Virus record (IMG/VR): IMGVR_UViG_3300037458_001663
Coordinates: 1-27,156 of that record
Origin: a virus
Lineage: Duplodnaviria > Caudoviricetes
Direction: 5' to 3' (one strand)
Length of the DNA: 27,156 bases
Position numbers and translations under genes: made by a program. A model generated the notes under the pieces. It was not told the DNA's origin, searched no databases, and was given only the letters and a program-made list of their open reading frames with translations. Each line of letters starts with the position of its first letter. Within the stretch, counting starts at the first letter, position 1. Positions 23,796 to 27,156 of the stretch are shown in pieces.

Positions 23796-26700
23796 TGGCG
23801 ATTACCATAGACACCCTGAAATTTTTTGCCGCCGAACGGATGACTGATTTTAGCGACGGCGGCGGACAGATGACCGCCACGGAAATTGTCTCGGACGCCT
23901 CAAATCAGATTTTCGATGATATTTCGGATGTGGATCGCGCCAGTGGCGATTTATCGATTCGCAAGGCGTACGCCGCAGTCACCAGCGCGGATACGGATAA
24001 ATACCTGGACGCCGGAATTGTCCTTTTGAAACCGCCCGCCGATGATGCCACCAGTGTCGTTGCCTTTTCCACAGGCGATTATTACGACGAACGCGCTGAT
24101 CTGGTGGCGACGCTGGAAAACAGCATCAGCCGTGGGGTGCGCTATAACGGCTGGCTGTATGGCTTGCACGTCGCCGGCCAAAAAGCGTTGCTGATCTGGA
24201 CGCGGGTCGGGGTCGCCGCGCCCTCCGTCGGCGCGCGCCTGGAGTTGATCGCCAAAGCGGGCAGTGTCGAGCAATACAGCGAAGTGCTGTGGATCACCTC
24301 CGTGATTAGCGAAACCCGAACGATCATTGACGTTTCGGGCGCCTATGCCGTGCAAGTGCTGACCGCCGAACTGGCCTATCCACTCACGGCGGCGTATACC
24401 GGACTGGAACCCTCGCGAGTGGATCCCAGTTCGTCATCGGCGACCGCGTTGATCCACGAGACCCGCTATAACCCGGATATTGTCGCGATCTATGGCATTA
24501 AGCCGCTCACCGTGGAGGCCAATACGGGCGACTTCTCGGTGATGGTGGATAGCCTCTATCAGCAAATGATCCCGACTGGATTGCTTGAAACTCCACTGCC
24601 GGACGTCAATCCGGGCGGCGACAGCGCCGCACTGATTGCGGGCACCGCCGCCGAGTCTGACCGCCTGTCCTTTACGACCGCGCTGAATCTGGTCAAGCCC
24701 GATGGCTCGCTCTATCTGGGCGGAGCCTGTAGTCCGGGCACCTTGACCCTCACCGTCTCCGGGGCCACGATCACCGACGATAACGGCGAGATCACCCTGG
24801 CGGGCGTGGTGATTGGCGCTATCGACTACTCGAACGGCATCTGTACGTTCACCAGCGCCTGCCCCAATTACGGCACGGCCACCAAAACCGTGTCGTTTCG
24901 CCGGGCCGCGCCTGACTTGCGCGTGGCCGATACCGCGGCGATTGCGGTCACCCTGGTGAATCGCGGCTATGTCTGGGCGCTCACCCTCGCGCCCATTCCG
25001 GCGCCGAACTCGCTCCGAGTCAGCTATCAGGTCAACGGTATCTGGTACACCCTCTATGAGCGCGGAACGGGCCTGCTGACCGGAGCGGATTCCAGCTACG
25101 GCGCGGGGAATCTGAACTTCTCCACAGGCACCGTCACCCTCTCAACGGGCGAATTGCCCGATGTCGATAGCCTGATCCTGTTCGCCTGGACGACCCCGGT
25201 CAATTACATCCGCCGCGGCGGGTCTGCGGTCACTCCCGCCACGATTCGCGGGACGCTCAGCCAGACGGGGATTGTGCCGGGCAGCGTCACCGTCGCGTGG
25301 AGCACGATCACCCTGACGGATTCTGCGGCGGATGGGACGCTGGCCGGGACCGGGGGTAGCGGCACTGTGGATTACACGACGGGCGAGTGGGCGATCATCC
25401 CTGACAATCTGCCGGCGATCGGCACGCAATTCACCTGGGGATACGATTACGGAGCATCGGCAGACCTCAAAAGCGAAACGTTTAATAGCCCGGTGCGGCA
25501 GCCGGACGGCAGTCTGGCGCTCACCCTGGCGGAAACTAACATTGAGCCTCGTAGCCTCCGGGTCAGTTGGGGTGTGACTCTCGTTTATAGTGCTTATTTT
25601 GCCCCTTCGCTCAGCGTTGTGGCGCGGGATGATGGCGCGGGCGGGCTGTTTGATGCGACGGGACCGCTGGCGGGCTGTTCGATCAATTACACCACAGGGG
25701 CGCTGATTTTGCAGCCCGATCGTGATGTTGGCGTTCCGTCCCCGAGTTATTCTTGGGCCATCAATGACAGTCGTTATGTGGCCTCGAGCTGGCCAACAGA
25801 CGTGTTTCCTGCCCTGTTCCCGCTCGCGGGAGTGGTGACGGTGAGCTATCGCCTGGCGGGCACGACGCCCACCGCCAACGAGGTGTACACCCTGAACATG
25901 GTGGACCTGGATTTAACCCTGGGGTTTGCCGAGCAGATTGTCCAGGGCAGTGTCGATTTCACCCTAGGTAGTTCGCGGTATGTCAGCACCGCCGGAAAAA
26001 TCTATCGCGATCCCTCCCCGGGAACCGGGGCAGGCACCCTGGCGGGCAGTCTGGACCCCACCACCGGCATTGTGCGGATAGAAAACTGGACGGGGGGCGC
26101 CAATACCCCGGTGGTCACCTCTCTGGTGACCGTGATTGGGATGCATCCGGTGGATGCCTGTCTGTTTCGCACGCCGGTGGCGAATATTCGGCCCGGCTCC
26201 CTGCAACTGCGCGCCACCACCTGGGACGGCACGGTATTGATAGAGACCATTCCGTCGTCGGGCGTGCTGGAAACCAATGAAATGACGGTATCTGTCAATT
26301 ATCCGGACGGAGTAATTGATCTGCGGTTCGGCGAATGGCGGACGGTTGCCAGCCTGACGCCCACGGAGCTGCTAGAAGATTGGTATGACGCCGGGCATAT
26401 CGTCTCCATCGGCGGGGTGGATTCGATCTGGAAACCGTTGCTGGTGTTGGCCGACTCCATCCTCTACAACGCGGTGGCGCAAACGACCCTGCCGCCGGAT
26501 CGGGCCATGATCGGCATTGACGCCAGCCGCCTGCCGCCGGATGGCAAAGCGCTCATCTTCCGTCGCGGGGCGCTGGTGCTGGTGCATCACACCGCGACGG
26601 TCGTGGAATCGGCATTGTCGCCGACTCAAGTCGTGGACTGTAACCGGGTGCGACTCTATCGCGTAGTCATCGAAGACGTGGCCGGGCAACGCCTGCCGGC

Positions 26701-27156
26701 CAGCTTTTACACGGTGGATCGGGAGCTGGGCCTGGTGACGATGGCGGCTAACCTGAATTTAACCGGCTATACCGGCCCTTATACGTTCTATCACACCGTC
26801 GCTGATCTTTGTCGAATCACCAATATCGACATCAGCGGGCGACTCTCGCTGAACAAGGCGGTCTCGCATGATTACCCGATCAATGCGACCTTTGACAGCT
26901 ACGCCAGTGGCGTCCTGTATGTCGGCACATTGCAGGCGCGGTATAGCAACCTGTTTGCCCAATCGACGTGGACGTCGGTCTGGAGTGATACGCTGATCGG
27001 CAGTGCGCCGTTGGCGCAATACAACGATACGCTCTATCCCATCATCGTCAGCAATCTGGGGGTGTACCCGGATCGCATTTTGCTCAAGCTCACTTCCAGC
27101 ACGGCGTTTCAGTGTTTTGGCGAGGGGCTGGGGTTGATCGGGACGGGCGACATTAC
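23795..27156 (+). CDS. Large tail-tip/structural protein, >1120 aa, 3' truncated (not in ORF track because it has no stop)
   Basis: MAITIDTLKFFAAERMTDFSDGGGQMTA.EI......IFDDISDVDRASG..SIRK; recurrent G.(I/V)(D/N)Y..G units; same frame reads QYNDTLYPIIVSN...GLIGTGDI at the window end. Confidence 0.9.
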   Translation, partial: MAITIDTLKFFAAERMTDFSDGGGQMTATEIVSDASNQIFDDISDVDRASGDLSIRKAYAAVTSADTDKYLDAGIVLLKPPADDATSVVAFSTGDYYDERADLVATLENSISRGVRYNGWLYGLHVAGQKALLIWTRVGVAAPSVGARLELIAKAGSVEQYSEVLWITSVISETRTIIDVSGAYAVQVLTAELAYPLTAAYTGLEPSRVDPSSSSATALIHETRYNPDIVAIYGIKPLTVEANTGDFSVMVDSLYQQMIPTGLLETPLPDVNPGGDSAALIAGTAAESDRLSFTTALNLVKPDGSLYLGGACSPGTLTLTVSGATITDDNGEITLAGVVIGAIDYSNGICTFTSACPNYGTATKTVSFRRAAPDLRVADTAAIAVTLVNRGYVWALTLAPIPAPNSLRVSYQVNGIWYTLYERGTGLLTGADSSYGAGNLNFSTGTVTLSTGELPDVDSLILFAWTTPVNYIRRGGSAVTPATIRGTLSQTGIVPGSVTVAWSTITLTDSAADGTLAGTGGSGTVDYTTGEWAIIPDNLPAIGTQFTWGYDYGASADLKSETFNSPVRQPDGSLALTLAETNIEPRSLRVSWGVTLVYSAYFAPSLSVVARDDGAGGLFDATGPLAGCSINYTTGALILQPDRDVGVPSPSYSWAINDSRYVASSWPTDVFPALFPLAGVVTVSYRLAGTTPTANEVYTLNMVDLDLTLGFAEQIVQGSVDFTLGSSRYVSTAGKIYRDPSPGTGAGTLAGSLDPTTGIVRIENWTGGANTPVVTSLVTVIGMHPVDACLFRTPVANIRPGSLQLRATTWDGTVLIETIPSSGVLETNEMTVSVNYPDGVIDLRFGEWRTVASLTPTELLEDWYDAGHIVSIGGVDSIWKPLLVLADSILYNAVAQTTLPPDRAMIGIDASRLPPDGKALIFRRGALVLVHHTATVVESALSPTQVVDCNRVRLYRVVIEDVAGQRLPASFYTVDRELGLVTMAANLNLTGYTGPYTFYHTVADLCRITNIDISGRLSLNKAVSHDYPINATFDSYASGVLYVGTLQARYSNLFAQSTWTSVWSDTLIGSAPLAQYNDTLYPIIVSNLGVYPDRILLKLTSSTAFQCFGEGLGLIGTGDI

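Larger units (their letters stand above)
1..27156 (+). mobile_element. Prophage/phage genome segment (Mu-like head, non-contractile tail, VapE-type replication); both ends lie outside the window
   Basis: Continuous co-oriented replication, lysis, packaging, head and tail genes; no host housekeeping genes; no integrase, transposase or att site visible. Confidence 0.97.

Overview
A 27-kb slice of a GC-rich temperate (pro)phage, with all credible genes on the + strand and both edge genes truncated. From the left: the C-terminal part of a VapE-type primase/helicase, an iteron-rich palindromic origin candidate, and a string of small coupled early genes (HNH, VRR-NUC, a T4 DsbA/GapR-like DNA-binding protein). 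Next come a Mor/C-family late activator, a lysis cassette, TerS/TerL, and a Mu-like head module (portal, gpF, gpG, protease I with internal scaffold, gp36, gp37) with a P22-type coat protein. The window ends in a non-contractile tail module (tube, Dit-like gene, 1603-aa tape measure, >1120-aa tail protein). The strongest oddity is a gene resembling R-body (Reb) proteins in the slot normally held by the tail assembly chaperone, bracketed by two structured RNA elements. Also notable: two matching Mor/C-type late promoters placed like Mu Plys and PI, a three-gene insert after an extended portal with an in-frame G10 tract, and a repeat-bearing DNA methyltransferase inside the tail operon. All family calls come from visual motif recognition, not database searches.
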